A DNA stretch of 62,555 nt, taken from the NCBI GenBank assembly GCA_053919585.1, contig CM132805.1. The stretch is one strand, 5' to 3'. Position numbers and translations under genes: made by a program. A model generated the notes under the pieces. It saw nothing but the letters and a program-made list of their open reading frames with translations, made no database searches and had not been told where the DNA came from. Shown here one piece after another: positions 25,310 through 37,554 of this stretch (position 1 is the first letter of the stretch; every line of letters begins with the position of its first letter). This DNA is from Euprymna scolopes. Lineage: Eukaryota.

Positions 25310-25865
25310 GTTCTAAGAGTAATGTATGCAAAATTTCTTGCAGTTTTCATGGTTTAGAAGGATGTTATAAGGCCTTAGAGTAAACTCTATCTACATAAAT
25401 ATTTTGGACGTAATGGTTAAAGCATGGATTGACAAAGTACAAAACGAAAGATCTAGTGTGTTTCAACAAAAGACAGCATCACCACCACACAAAACTCATG
25501 AAATGCAGAAATGGATGCAGAAAATGTTTATGATCACATGACCCTTAATATTTGGTCTCAATCTTTTGGACTATGTATAGAGCATAGTTGAAAAACATGT
25601 TAATGAGCACCCTGATAACACTAAGTAATACCTAAAAGTCTCTATAGGTAGAGTAATGTCCAATATGAACAAGGACCACTCGATCCTAGCATGTAGACAA
25701 TTTATGCTTCACATAGAAGACATTATTGAAGCTGAAAGAGACATTTATGAATAAAATTACAAAACAATTTATTATTATCTTAAAAAACGTTTCTACTAAA
25801 AAGACACTATCTGGTTCTAAGATTCATTTTTATGTATGTATAAATTTACCCTCAAATACGTTATA
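25310..25865 (+). mobile_element. Degenerate Tc1/mariner transposase relic
   Basis: Broken frames translate to YINILDVMVKAWIDKV..GRS.VFQQ/DSI, DHMTLNIW, LDYV*SIVEKHVNEHPDNTK, VMSNMNKDHSILACRQF..IEDIIEAE, matching the FQQDSAP...WPP.SPDLNPLDY region and C-terminus of this family. Confidence 0.75.
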
Positions 25866-26119
25866 CATCCTTAAATATTCCTTCAGACTTAAGCCCTTGT
25901 GGATTCATTCCTTTACCATTATTTTTGAATTCATCTAGTTTATTCTTCAAATTTTCTATAAGTGTTACTTTTAATTATAATAAATAAATAATTTGATGAT
26001 AATATAAATATAAGAAACAGAGAAACATTCAAAAACATAAAAGACATGGACAACACATTTTTAAAATAAAGATCATGACAGGATTTGTACAGTGATGACA
26101 ACTCGTTAAGACATATTAC

Positions 26120-26390
26120 ATTAAATAGACAAAGACTAGTGACAACACATAAAAGGGACAAGGTCAGTGACAACACTTAAAAGGGACAGAGGAGATGACA
26201 ACACTGAGGACAGGGTCCGTAACAACATTTAAAGGGAACGGGGCTGATGACAACATAAAGTCAGATAATGTATTAAGAAGACAGGTTCAGTGAGAGTATT
26301 TAAGAGAATAATTAGTAAAAATGTGTTATAGAAACATATTATTAATAGCAACATGACCAGAAATATAAGGGGACAGGACCGGTGACAATA
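26120..26390 (+). repeat. Degenerate ~24-29 bp minisatellite (core TGACAACAC-WT-AAAAGGGACA)
   Basis: gacaaagactagtgacaacacataaaagg / gacaaggtcagtgacaacacttaaaagg / gacagaggagatgacaacactgag / gacagggtccgtaacaacatttaaagg / gaacggggctgatgacaacat. Confidence 0.7.
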
Positions 26391-26869
26391 GATTACATTT
26401 AGAAATTTAAAATCGATAACAGAAACATTACATGATAGGAAAAATAGAAAACATAAGGAAAAGGTGTAAAAATGAGGAGTGGAGGCACAAATGATAAATA
26501 AAAAGTAGGAACATTGGACAAGCGATTTAAATTTGTTTGGATAAAATGAATACAGAGGTGGGATAATTTTGAAAGACAAAGGTATAGACAATTTAAGAAA
26601 AACAAAAGTAATAACAAGACAAGACACTAATGGAAGACAAAGGTATTGACTGTTTAAGGGAAACAAATGTATTGACAAGACATTGGTAAAAGACTTTTAG
26701 AACATATAGGTCTTACTTAAAAATTGTTTTCATTTTTAAATATTTAGATTTGTGCTTACATGTTTTTTTTTCTTCAAATAAATTATTTTTTTAGGTTTTA
26801 TTTATTGCTTAAAACAAAACATGTAGCCTTTTTTTACAACCATGAAAACATATTTTCTTTTTTTTTAAA

Positions 26870-27200
26870 TAGGCCAATTTTTTGAATTATAGAATCTTGG
26901 TTCTTTTTGATAACACATTTTACTTATTACATAATGTCATTATCAGTGTTGCTATGTTGTTTTGTCTGTATAAAACTATGGTAGCATAAAGCACTCATTA
27001 TTTTTATGTTAAAAAAATGCTTCATATAAACATCCATTAAGCATTTTGTGCTGCTATAGTTTAATAGAGACAAGAACAGAATAGCAAGCACTCATAATTG
27101 TATCCTGCCATAAACAAAAATTTTAAATGCAGAAAACCAAAAACATTGTTGTTATCAAAATCCACTCTGATTCTAAGAGTTTATTGTTGTTGAAATAGGT
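26870..27200. repeat. Decayed long inverted repeat (foldback/MITE-like)
   Basis: gtgttgctatgttgttttgtctgtataaaactatggtagcataaagc (~26946-26992) is an imperfect reverse complement of gcattttgtgctgctatagtttaatagagacaagaacagaatagcaagcac (~27041-27091); outer arms agaatc..tttgataaca / tgttatcaaa..gattct. Confidence 0.65.
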
Positions 27201-27659
27201 TATTTGAAAAATAATAAGACACTTTCCTTATAGCAGTGTGATTACAAAGAAGCACTAACCATTCATTTGTTACAATATATTTATAAAATGAAATTTTATT
27301 TAAAATATGTTGAGATAACTGAGGAATAAATAATCTTAAATACAAATGCAAAACTATATTTAGTATATAAGAATATTATGTTGAAATTTTTCCCAACCTA
27401 AGGAATAAAAGGAGGATTTTACAGTACTCTACTTACATAGTATTCATTTTACTTGAAATTGTTATTCAATATCATGGTAGCTAAGCAATAGTATTTGATG
27501 AATGCAAACAACCTCTTCAAAGGTAATGCTATACAGCCGCTTTGATCCATATTAATCCTTAGGGATGTTACAAGTGTCAGATTTTGAGTCTTCCTTAACT
27601 TAAGCTTTAAATTTAACTGATGACGTCATAATTTTCATAATTTGAAGAATTGTTGAATC

Positions 27660-29200
27660 TTTTTTTTTTTTTTACATGGTGGTCACCACTTACAAAGGCC
27701 CGGAAGCCACTTGGGGATAAAGGTTATTGCGTGTACAGTGGGATAGTATCGTATTAATCATTAGATTTGATAAAGTGTCTTACTTAAGGGGGCGGTTCAT
27801 CAGGAATTTGTTTATGTTGGACTTAAAAACATCCAAGTTGTAGTCAGGTGGGAAACAGGCAAACGGAAGAGAGTTCCACAGGCGTGCACTTCTAAGAAAG
27901 AAGCTTTGTTCATGGAATCTACATTTTGATTTAGGCACAGATAAAAAGTGGGGAAAATTATTGACAGTGGTTTCAGCTAGATGGGTGTTTATCATGAATT
28001 GGCGAGGGGGGACCAGAGATTGGAGCGGAGATGAGCACTTTCCTTGGAAATAATGATAAAACAAAGACACTAAGCCACAAAGTCTATTTTATACTCTGTC
28101 AAGGCAGGATAGGCTGTTTTTAGTAGCTCCTGTCCAGATGTGGCAGCAGTACTCCATCCTTGGACGTACCTGGCTTTTATATAGATAGAGAATTGCATCA
28201 TTAGTGAGATATCTTCTGGAGTGGTAGAAGGATCCTGCCATTTTCCCAGCGACCTTGGCAATAGACTTGATGTACGTGTTCCATTTCAGATTTAGATCAG
28301 AAGTAAAGGTCAAACCCAGAAGCTTGTCAAAACATGAAGTCTCCCCAAAACGAGAGCCATCCATTTCAATTTGTGCCAGATGGGGATCAGAGCGTTGATG
28401 ATGTAAAAATAGGAGCTTGGTTTTGGATGCATTAAAAGTAACCAGCCACCTCTTCCCCCACTGTACCATGCACTCAAGATCAGAGGAGAGAGAATCAGAG
28501 AGAACTTTGTCCTTTTACGGCCTTTGATGTGCTACCATAGATGGTCGTGTCATCAGCATAGATGTCAACGAATGATTTAAATACGTGTTTTGGGAGATCA
28601 TTGATGTAGATCAGGACGAGAGTTGGGCCCAGGATGGACCCCTGAGGGACTCTAGCATTAATACTGTGGGCCTCTGATTTCTGCTCATCAACCACTACTC
28701 TTATGAGCCTATCAGAGAGAAATGATTTAATAATTGAGAAAACATTTCCAGTTATACCATAGCTGGAAATCTTGTGAAGTAGGCTTTCATACCATACCTT
28801 ATCGAAGGCCTTTGATATGTCAAGAGCAATTTCCCTAAAAAGGAAACCTTTGTCGAGATTCACTAATCCTATGAGCTATAATCGTTAGCACATCTGCTGT
28901 AGATCTAGCAGAACGGAAACCATATTGCATGTCACTAAGAAGGTTATTTCTGCTGAGATGGTTGACTACTTCTCTATTTTATATGGATTCCAGCAGCTTA
29001 CTCATGACACACAGGAGACTTATTGGTCTGTACTGAGAGAGAGATGACTTATCACCTGAATTCTTAAATACAGGGCATACCGATGACGTTTTCCAGGGTG
29101 TTGAGAAGCACTTCTCCTTAAGGCAATGCTTAAACAGTTCTGTAAGTATGGGGGCAAGTTCTGGTTGAAACTTTTTCAACACTATAATTGGAATGGAATC
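27660..29200 (-). mobile_element. 5'-truncated non-LTR retrotransposon (CR1/Zenon-like LINE), frameshifted RT, poly(A) tail
   Basis: Four consecutive ORFs give RT motifs PVFK..YRPISLL, LDISKAFDKV, VPQGSILGP, IYADD, WLVTFNASKT and LYKSQVRPRMEYCCHIW; T-run at 27660-27673 is the poly(A) tail. Confidence 0.92.
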
Positions 29201-29422
29201 ATCCATCTTGGTTGACCAAAACAGCTCGCGTGTGCCTACATAACAGATGTTTGCATTTATTAGTTATTGTTAAGCATACACTCCGTCATGTCATTCTACA
29301 AACATTGAGTTATTAGTAAATCAAGAGTGCATCTTGAAGTATTGTCTTAGATATTTATTACTCATCAATGAAGATATTTAGACTAAAAATGCTTACTTAA
29401 AAATAGAAAGTTATAAAAGAAT

Positions 29423-29426
<4 letters not shown>

Positions 29427-29458
<32 letters not shown>

Positions 29459-30154
29459 GTGATCACCACTTATCAAGGCCCGGAAGCCACTCAGGGATAA
29501 GGGTTATTGCAACTACATCACGTTAGTGAGGAGATTTTATGAAGTGTTTAATTAGGGGGGCGGTTCATTAGGAATTTGTTAACATTAGACTTGAAGACAT
29601 CCAAGTTGTAGTCCGGAGGGAAGCAGGCAGACGGAACAGAGTTCCACAGGCGTGCAGTTCTAAGAAAGAAGCTTTGCTCATGAAATCCGCGTTTTGATTT
29701 AGGCACAGATATAGAGTGGGGGAAATTTTTCACAGTGGATTCAGCTAGACGGGTGTTTTTCGTGAAGGTTTGGCGAGGGGGGACCAGGGATTGGAGTTCA
29801 GACGAGCACCTGCCATGAAAATAACGATAAAACAAGGATAGGCTCGCAACGTCTCTTCTGTGGGAGAGGGGTTGCAGGGTAGAGAAAAGGGCATCCCCCA
29901 CTAAACCACGAAGTCTATTTTGTACTCTGTCAAGGCATGATAGGCTGTTTTTGGCAGCTCCTGCCCAGATATGGCAACAGTATTCCCTCCTTGGCCGTAC
30001 TTGGCTTTTATATAGATAGAGAATTGCATCAGTAGTGAGATATCTTCTGGAGCGGTAGAAGGATCCCACCATCTTTCCTGCGACCTTGGCAACAGACTTG
30101 ATTTACGTGTTCCATTTCAGATCAGGAGTAAAGGTCAAAACCAGAAGCTTGTCA
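29427..30154 (-). mobile_element. Second, shorter 5'-truncated copy of the same LINE family, with poly(A) and target-site duplication
   Basis: ORF 29548..30072 is homologous to the first copy; shared 3' end (tcaccactta..aaggcccggaagccact..gggataa); 27-nt T run; AATCAGA(T) duplicated at 29420-29426 and 30155-30161. Confidence 0.93.
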
Positions 30155-30219
30155 AATCAGATGACTTAAATGTGCAACATTATAGGAATTAATAGATTTT
30201 GCATATGTAGAAAAGAGAG

Positions 30220-30221
<2 letters not shown>

Positions 30222-30280
<59 letters not shown>
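30222..30280. repeat. (TA)n microsatellite
   Basis: Direct reading. Confidence 0.98.
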
Positions 30281-30283
<3 letters not shown>

Positions 30284-30774
30284 TACAAAATGGAAGCCTG
30301 CTGTATATTATTTGATCACCAATCAATAAAAATTTATGAAAACTACAACTATTATCTTTTGGTTCAGATGTGATGTTTATCATTAGAAATTTCTAGAAAA
30401 CTAAAATATTGTATGTGTGCATGTGTGTAATGTTCATTCACATCTGTTTGTAGCCTATTTTAGTTAATTACTTTGTATACATTTAGATAATATTAGGTTT
30501 TATAGAATACAACATTATGAAGTTTATATGGAAGAAATCTGGAAAGCTTTGAGGACAAAATAATGTAAAAGATTACTGCTGTTACCAATAACAAGGGATT
30601 TTATTTAGATACAGAACAAAATGAAATGTTTGATTGGCATGTGGAAGACTATCCAAAAATAAGAAAAGCCACATGATGTCCAAAAATGAGGTAGTTAAAA
30701 ATATAGCTAAAGAAATCCTTATATAAGTGGATTCAAGTATACAAAACAATTGAAATGATTTCTATTTAATATTC

Positions 30775-31325
30775 ATTTCAACATGGGAAGAAAAGCCAAT
30801 ACCCAATTAATGTCCAAATGTTGATTCCAACATGGGAAGAAGAACCAATGCCCAAATGTTGATTCCAACACCAAAAGAAAAACCAATGTTCAAATGCTAA
30901 TCCTAACATGGAAAGAAGAAGCAATGCTCAAATGTTGATTTCAGCATGAGAAAAAAAAAACAATATTGTCCAAATTTTGATCCCAACATGGGAAGAAGAA
31001 CCAATGTCCAAATGTTGATCCCAATATGGGAAGAAGAAGCAATGTTCAAATGTTGATCCCAACATGAGAAAAAAGAACAATATTGTCCAAATGTTGATCC
31101 CAACATGGGAAGAAGAACCAATGTCCAAATGTTGATCCCAACATGGGAAGAAGAAGCAATGTTCAAATGTTGATCCCAACATGAGAAAAAAGAACAATAT
31201 TGTCCAAATAGTGATCCAACATGGGAAGAATTAATATTCAAGTGTTGATCCTAATATGAGAAAAAGAACCAATGTCCAAATATCGATTTTAACATTGGAA
31301 GAAAAAATAATGTCCAAATGGAAAA
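30775..31325 (+). repeat. Minisatellite of 38-41 bp monomers organised in a 117-bp higher-order repeat
   Basis: Monomer caatgtccaaatgttgatcccaacatgggaagaagaa; the 41+38+38 trimer restarts at 30961, 31078 and 31195. Confidence 0.95.
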
Positions 31326-31845
31326 GAAGAATTAATATACGAGAAACTTTAAAAAAATCTGCCATGAAAATAATTGAATGGTAAGGAAAAGAAGTGTATT
31401 AACAATGGACAAATATTTTATCTAAGAAAAATATACGCTTGATGCTAGTGAAAATTGCAGAGAATTACATGAGATGATTCAGTAGGAAAAGAGAAATTCC
31501 TTTTCCTCTTTCAGGCATGACTAACAAGAAAAGTAGATAAATTATTTGGGCAGCATAAAACTTTTTTTTTTATTAGTTAATTTGTTATTTTAATAATTTG
31601 AATTAATACAACAAAACTTATTTTTGTACTTGCAAATATTTTAACACAACTATTTTCAATACAATCATACCTTGGATTAAATCAATTGATAAATAGAATT
31701 ACCAAGGCATCCCCTAGAATAAATAAAAATGATATATCTTAATAAAAAGTACTGTTTACAAATTTATTAAAGCATTAATAAATTTTATCCTAATGGAGAG
31801 AAACAAATATAGAATTTTGAATATTGTGAGGTTATTAATTAGCTT

Positions 31846-32094
31846 GTTTATGACTACATAACCTTTACACACCATCTCTCATCAGATCACCAATGTTAAG
31901 CAACATTGAACCTGGTTAGTATTTAAATGCTGTTAGCCAAACTTCGCCCAGGTGTATAAATAAGTACCTGTTTTGCAGGAGAAGCATAACTGTCAAGCGA
32001 CTAAGTCCAGATTATCAATTCTATTAAATGCTGTAAAACTGAGGATGTGCATTAGTGATGAGAATTAAGTGTAGAAAGGAGCTTTACTTTCTTT
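31846..32094 (+). mobile_element. 5S rRNA-derived SINE (SINE3-type) with Nin/Deu-like central motif, degraded
   Basis: ctctcatcagatcaccaatgttaagcaacattgaacctggttagtatttaaatg aligns with 5S rRNA (GATCTCGTCTGATCTCGGAAGCTAAGCAGGGTCGGGCCTGGTTAGTACTTGGATG); followed by cccaggtgtataaataagtacc and a ctttacttt tail. Confidence 0.65.
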
Positions 32095-32685
32095 AAAACT
32101 ATATAATAAAAAATTAAGTAACATTTGTCATAAACATTATATCTATAAGAACCAGCCCCTGTTTCTCGATGAAAATATCCTTTTACATGTTTACATTTAC
32201 ATGTACAAGGTTGTAAATCTTTCAGCACTCTGTATTAGTATAGATTAAGCAATTTTTGCTAAAAAGACAAATCTGATGAGATGATATAAACGTAGATTAA
32301 AGAAATAAAAATAACTTAGATCTTAAGAAAGAAAAACTACTTCAACCATAAGAAGAAAAAAATGAGAAACAAGACGTGATATTTCCATTTCAGAGAAAAA
32401 AAATTGTTGGGTTTAATGGGATAGGGGTTATAAGGAGTTGTAGGGAGTTGGTCATCCTTTTCGACAAGAATCACCTCAGCTTACTCAGATAAGCTGCATA
32501 AACAAACTCTTACCTTTGCAGTAGAATTTCAAGAATTTGGTTTGATGGCATTTCAAAAAGAAAAGCCAAAAATCGCACAGAATCTGATCTGGTTTTATTT
32601 TTTGTCTCACCTGAGAGCGGATAAAATAAAATAAAAAGGTAACTGAGATTTGGATGGAAAAAAGGGGCAGCCATTCACAGGAAAG

Positions 32686-32689
<4 letters not shown>

Positions 32690-32759
<70 letters not shown>
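32690..32759. repeat. (AG)n microsatellite
   Basis: Direct reading. Confidence 0.98.
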
Positions 32760-32762
<3 letters not shown>

Positions 32763-35700
32763 TATGTGAATAAAAAATGAAAAATACAGAAAAATATAAA
32801 ATAAAAGAAAAAATGAAGAACAGAAAAACTGTTGAAAAAAAGGAAAAGAAAGAGTGAGAAAAAAAAGAGAAACAGTAAAAAAAGTGACGAAAAAAGGAAA
32901 GAAATTGAGAAAGAAGTAGTGAATGAACAAGTGTTTTGGAATGGTTGCTATTTATTTCAGGCAATATGAGTGATGTTGACTAATTTCAACTCTTCAGATT
33001 CATTTTTAAGTGAATAACAAAAGTCTGAACCAAATTTCCTAAGTGTCAGAAAAATCTCTTAAAATATTATTATCAAAGTTAAGGAATTGAAAATAGTTTT
33101 AAAGTAATCTGACATGTTAAAAGCTTATACCTGGTTGTAATAAGCAGAAACTAAAAAGAATAAATCAGTATTGAATGATACAAAATGATAAAATAGGTAA
33201 TAGATGGATAGGCTTATTTTAGTAAATTGTCTATTAATAAAATCTTTTAACTGTCATTAGACGAGTGACGAATTTGAGTGTAATTGGCAAAATCTTTGTA
33301 AGTGTGAAAAAGAAAATAAATAAATTCCTTTTGTTTATGCAAAGATTGGTTACAAGAAATATAAATGACTCTCAAACTTTTAAATGGAAAACTAATTGAG
33401 CATAACTCAAGGTTGTAAATCATTTAGCAATCAATACAAACGAGACAAGTAGATTTTGACCAAGATTTGAATCCAAATATTCCACTGAGAATTAAAAGTA
33501 CTGCTTATAAGCGCATACCAGGAAAAGTGTAATCATTTATCAAGACGTGCATCCTATATAGTCAGATTAACATTGACAAGTGAAACAATCTGAAAACTTT
33601 TTCTCAAGGACAACAACCTTTTTGAAAAGATGGTAGAACTTTGTAGTGTTTAACAGCATAAAGAATAGCAACAAAATATTATCTCCAACGTGTAAAAGAT
33701 GTTAAGCCAAATATGATGATGATCATGATAAGATAATCCTTTAATGAGCACACATGGGTGAAGAACAGATCATTTCTTTTCAGTAAATATTTGTAAACAA
33801 TTTTTAAACAGCACGTTCATAAACGCCAAGCTTTTGCAATGAACAACTTTGGAGAAAGAAAAGATGCAAGTGTGAAATGTATAAATCCACTGGCAAATGA
33901 TAGGCTTTTATTGTGTGAGGCTGTAAAGGAATAAAATAATTATCAATTAAATAATTCTGTAGATGCCTAGGCTACAATCAAACTTTTTCAGTGTGGAAAA
34001 GAAAGTCTAAATAGTTTCAGAAAAATGTACTTAAACGGATTTACTCAAATGTATACATGGCTAGTTATTGGTGCTTTTTTATAATTAACCTGACATGATT
34101 AACGTTTTTTAATTTCCAGTTTTAGCCTAGATTTTCTTACTACAATAATAAATGATAACATTACAGATTTCTGTCGTGTTTGCCTTTGTATTAAACTATA
34201 ATAGTACATGAAAGCACTCAATATTTTTTGCAATTTTCTCTGACTTAGAAATTTAAAAATAGTCAAAAAAAAAAAAAAAAAAGACCACGGTTTTCTTTGT
34301 GTACTGCTCCAAACTATAAGAGTTTATAACTATTGGAGCATTCACACCCAAAATTGAACTATGTAAAAAAGATAAAACGTTTTTTTGTTAAGAAGCATCA
34401 AGATATTGAATAGTTTGGCAAACCAGAAGTGTCTCCATCTTAAAGTCAGCAGCAAACGGTGCTTGATCAGATTTAGCTCTTGATATTAATTTTCAATCGT
34501 AATATAACTCTGACGAAAGTTTCAGTGTCACAAATTTATTAAATTGTTAGGTGAAAGTACAGAATAATTAATAAAAACCCCACTCTTTAAGTTAAGAATG
34601 ACTTCATCCCCATATATAATTGCAGAAATTCCCCTTTGGACCAAAGTATCGTAGGTTTACAACAACAGATGTCACATTAAAATTCAATACATATAAGCTA
34701 ATAGTCACTATCATATGTAGCTTTGAACACCATTTTAGACACCTTTAGTCGTGATAATAAAATGCTACATTGCATCCTAACATCACAGTCATAACACCAT
34801 CACAATCACAACATCTTTAGAGGAAGGAGTTCCTATTTTTATCTCTAAATATTTAGTTCTACTACTGCTACCAGTTGTCACCAGCACGAATTCTACATGT
34901 TCCACAGATTCTGTGACTACACCAGCCGTGACTTGCTCATAAATACTTTTTCCAATTTTTGATTCAGGAATAATAAAGACTCCTTCGCCAAAGTTTGTCC
35001 ATTTTGATTATGTGAACTCTGTAAATGCTCATGTTCCGGAATCCAGTTCTACGCTTTATAAATGAACGCTTACTAACATTAAAATCTGGTGTCATTAACA
35101 GACAACAAAACCAAAAGATTAAACACCACTTGCTATCGAGTTTTTTTACCATTAAATACATTATGTGTACATTTGTGATGTTTCAAACCGACGCATTTCA
35201 TCTGTATTAATATATTGCAGATTTTAGCTCTCAAATATTTGCGTCTTTATATTAAGATTTCTTCTAAAAAACAAATAAAAACAAACAAAAAAAAAAAACG
35301 ATTAAAAGATATAGAAGTTTATTTATAAATTATTTTATATTTTCCGTGTGATTTGACAAGATTTATAGATTTTCCGTTATTATGATAATGATTATTGCAT
35401 GTAAAATTGTCGACGACAAATAGTTTTTATGTAATAATGTTATGGTTTTCAACGGCCAGCCAAAAAATACATGTTGTTTGGTTTATGGCAAGACTATTTG
35501 TTATTCATTTACAGATTAGGCGAAAACTTATAAATGTCGTCAAATTAAAGTGAATGTGAAAGGCGGTGAGAAAACACCAATTTAACTTTTTTGGAACCTT
35601 GAACATTACCTTTATCAATGCTAAATAGAGATTATGGCTATATTAAAGATGTTAACTATGGACTAAATTATAGAGGTCAGCTCCCAAATATTTGCATTTT

Positions 35701-36185
35701 TTTATAGTTATGCCGAAAACAAATACAGAAGTTTATTGAGCAAAATAAATTGTTGCCAACAATTTTATTTCTGCAACATATTTCTTTTAATAAAATTATT
35801 TTTTTCGGAACCAATCATAATAAAAAAGACATGCTTATTCGGAAACAAAACTCTTCAATATATAAATATATATGCAATGCATCAGTTTAAAACATCACCA
35901 ATCTACACAAGCATAAAAAGATACCAATAATGATGTGTAAAATGCATAAATGCTTATATATTTACGTACACACTTTGTTTTTTTCAATTTGGCGTTTTTG
36001 TCTGTGAAAATCTAGCTATAGTTATCAATTTGGGCTTTTTGGGCCTTTTTTCTGAAATATTTGGCTTCAAATATTTAGTAGAGTATGCCAACCCAATTAG
36101 GGCCAGATATTGGACACGTTTACTCTTTTAGAACCTTTAAAATACACATAACTTTCAGATTGTAAAATAAGACAAAAGGATTGGT

Positions 36186-36664
36186 GGACCTGAACAATGC
36201 TGCACCTAGCATTTAATTGCTTTATTTTTCACTTATTCGTAAATTTTTCAGGCGATTTGCTTAAAGGCTTAAATTTGAAATTATAACATTCTACTACAGT
36301 GAACACCCATTTTTTGATCACTCTCATTGTTAATGCTGCTACTAGCATTTAGATTATTCCTTTTCAATTTTTCATAAATTTCTATGGCACTTATCATAGA
36401 TTACATGCTTAGCTTTTACATTACCAAAATACCTTGGAAAAAATTGTATACACCTTACCAACCGAAAAGAGAAACATTTAACGACTAGGGGCAACATTAA
36501 CAACTGACATGGCAAAAAAAGTGTAGAACGTTATTATTACAAATTGTACCTCAACTCTTAAAATCATTAAAAATACTACCTTAAATTTCTTTTTAATGTG
36601 AAAATTACACCTGTACTTGATGATAGGAAAAATTTAATAGCTAGGGGAATCATTGTTCAGGTCC
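36186..36664. mobile_element. MITE-like element with ~25-bp imperfect terminal inverted repeats
   Basis: ggacctgaacaatgctgcacctagc versus gctaggggaatcattgttcaggtcc; outer 14 bp perfect. Confidence 0.6.
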
Positions 36665-36899
36665 GTGTCAGTTTTTTCGTTGTTTCTTTCCTCATGACAC
36701 ACTGCTGACACGTAAGGTGAAAGCACAGAATAATCACAACACATAATCAAATCCCCCATGTTAAGAAGGAGTAGATACTAATGTTGTTACTTCAGCATGA
36801 TACATTCATTTTGGCCATGGGCGCCAGTCTCCACTATTTTACCAGACCAGCAGTGGCTCCCACTAACAACTGTAGTTTAATTGTTTTGTTTTTTTTCAC

Positions 36900-36954
36900 G
36901 GGAGAGGTGGGGGCATACTTCCACTGGGCAACGTCGGTACACGGGTCCTTCTAG
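36900..36954 (+). mobile_element. Helitron-like 3' terminus
   Basis: gggcaacgtcgg..acgggtccttCTAG|T resembles the gagcaacgccggg..CTAG|T end at 62002. Confidence 0.45.
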
Positions 36955-37554
36955 TAAATAATAAAGCTATTATTTCAGCACGGTCTGTAAACCGCAGAAG
37001 ATTATTTAGAAAGCCATTCTTAACATGCGAGGAGGATTAAGCTTTGTTAATTATTCTGTACTTTCACCTAATAATTTAATAAATAGAAATGAGTGAAAAA
37101 CTTGGTAAACCAGAAGAATAAGCGACTCAAAACAAAGTCTTTGATATTAGGAACTAAATCTGATCAAACACCCACTCTTCCAGTTTGCCAATAGTTCTCT
37201 ATAAATGGCTCTTATTTTTTAATTAAATAAAAAGGCGGCCTTAAAATACAACAAAGGCTAAACAATATAATTGGATATTGCAGGATCATATGATAATTAT
37301 TTTATAACTTATTTAATTTCTACACATTAAAAGGCTAACGTCTATGAATTCCGTAACCATATACAAAATAACTTGAAAAATATGTTGAACGATCGAAAGC
37401 CATTAATAAAACTGTTTTCTTCACCTACTAATTGTCAAACAGTAAAAGGGAGTTAACTCCGACAAATTTAACGATGACCACTGATAAGTGATACGCCGTG
37501 CCGTATCAGCTAAACTTTTTCCGTCCGCTTTTTCAGTTAGAATCACTTTCAAAT

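Noticed and set aside
30775-31325. CRISPR-like array of palindromic ~38-bp repeats; ORFs 30903..31241 and 30928..31197
   Set aside because: No unique spacers, no cas genes, eukaryotic context. The ORFs stay open only because 117 bp is a multiple of three.
31846-31930. Functional 5S rRNA gene
   Set aside because: Heavily diverged, truncated before the 3' end and fused to SINE-like body.
32270-32300. CTGATGA..AAACGTA hammerhead-like string (also CTGATGA..GAAA at ~60092)
   Set aside because: No credible stem II/stem I pairing and no repeat-family context; likely chance.
35660-36095. hAT-like non-autonomous element ending tatgccaaccc
   Set aside because: Only one plausible terminus; no matching TIR or 8-bp TSD found.
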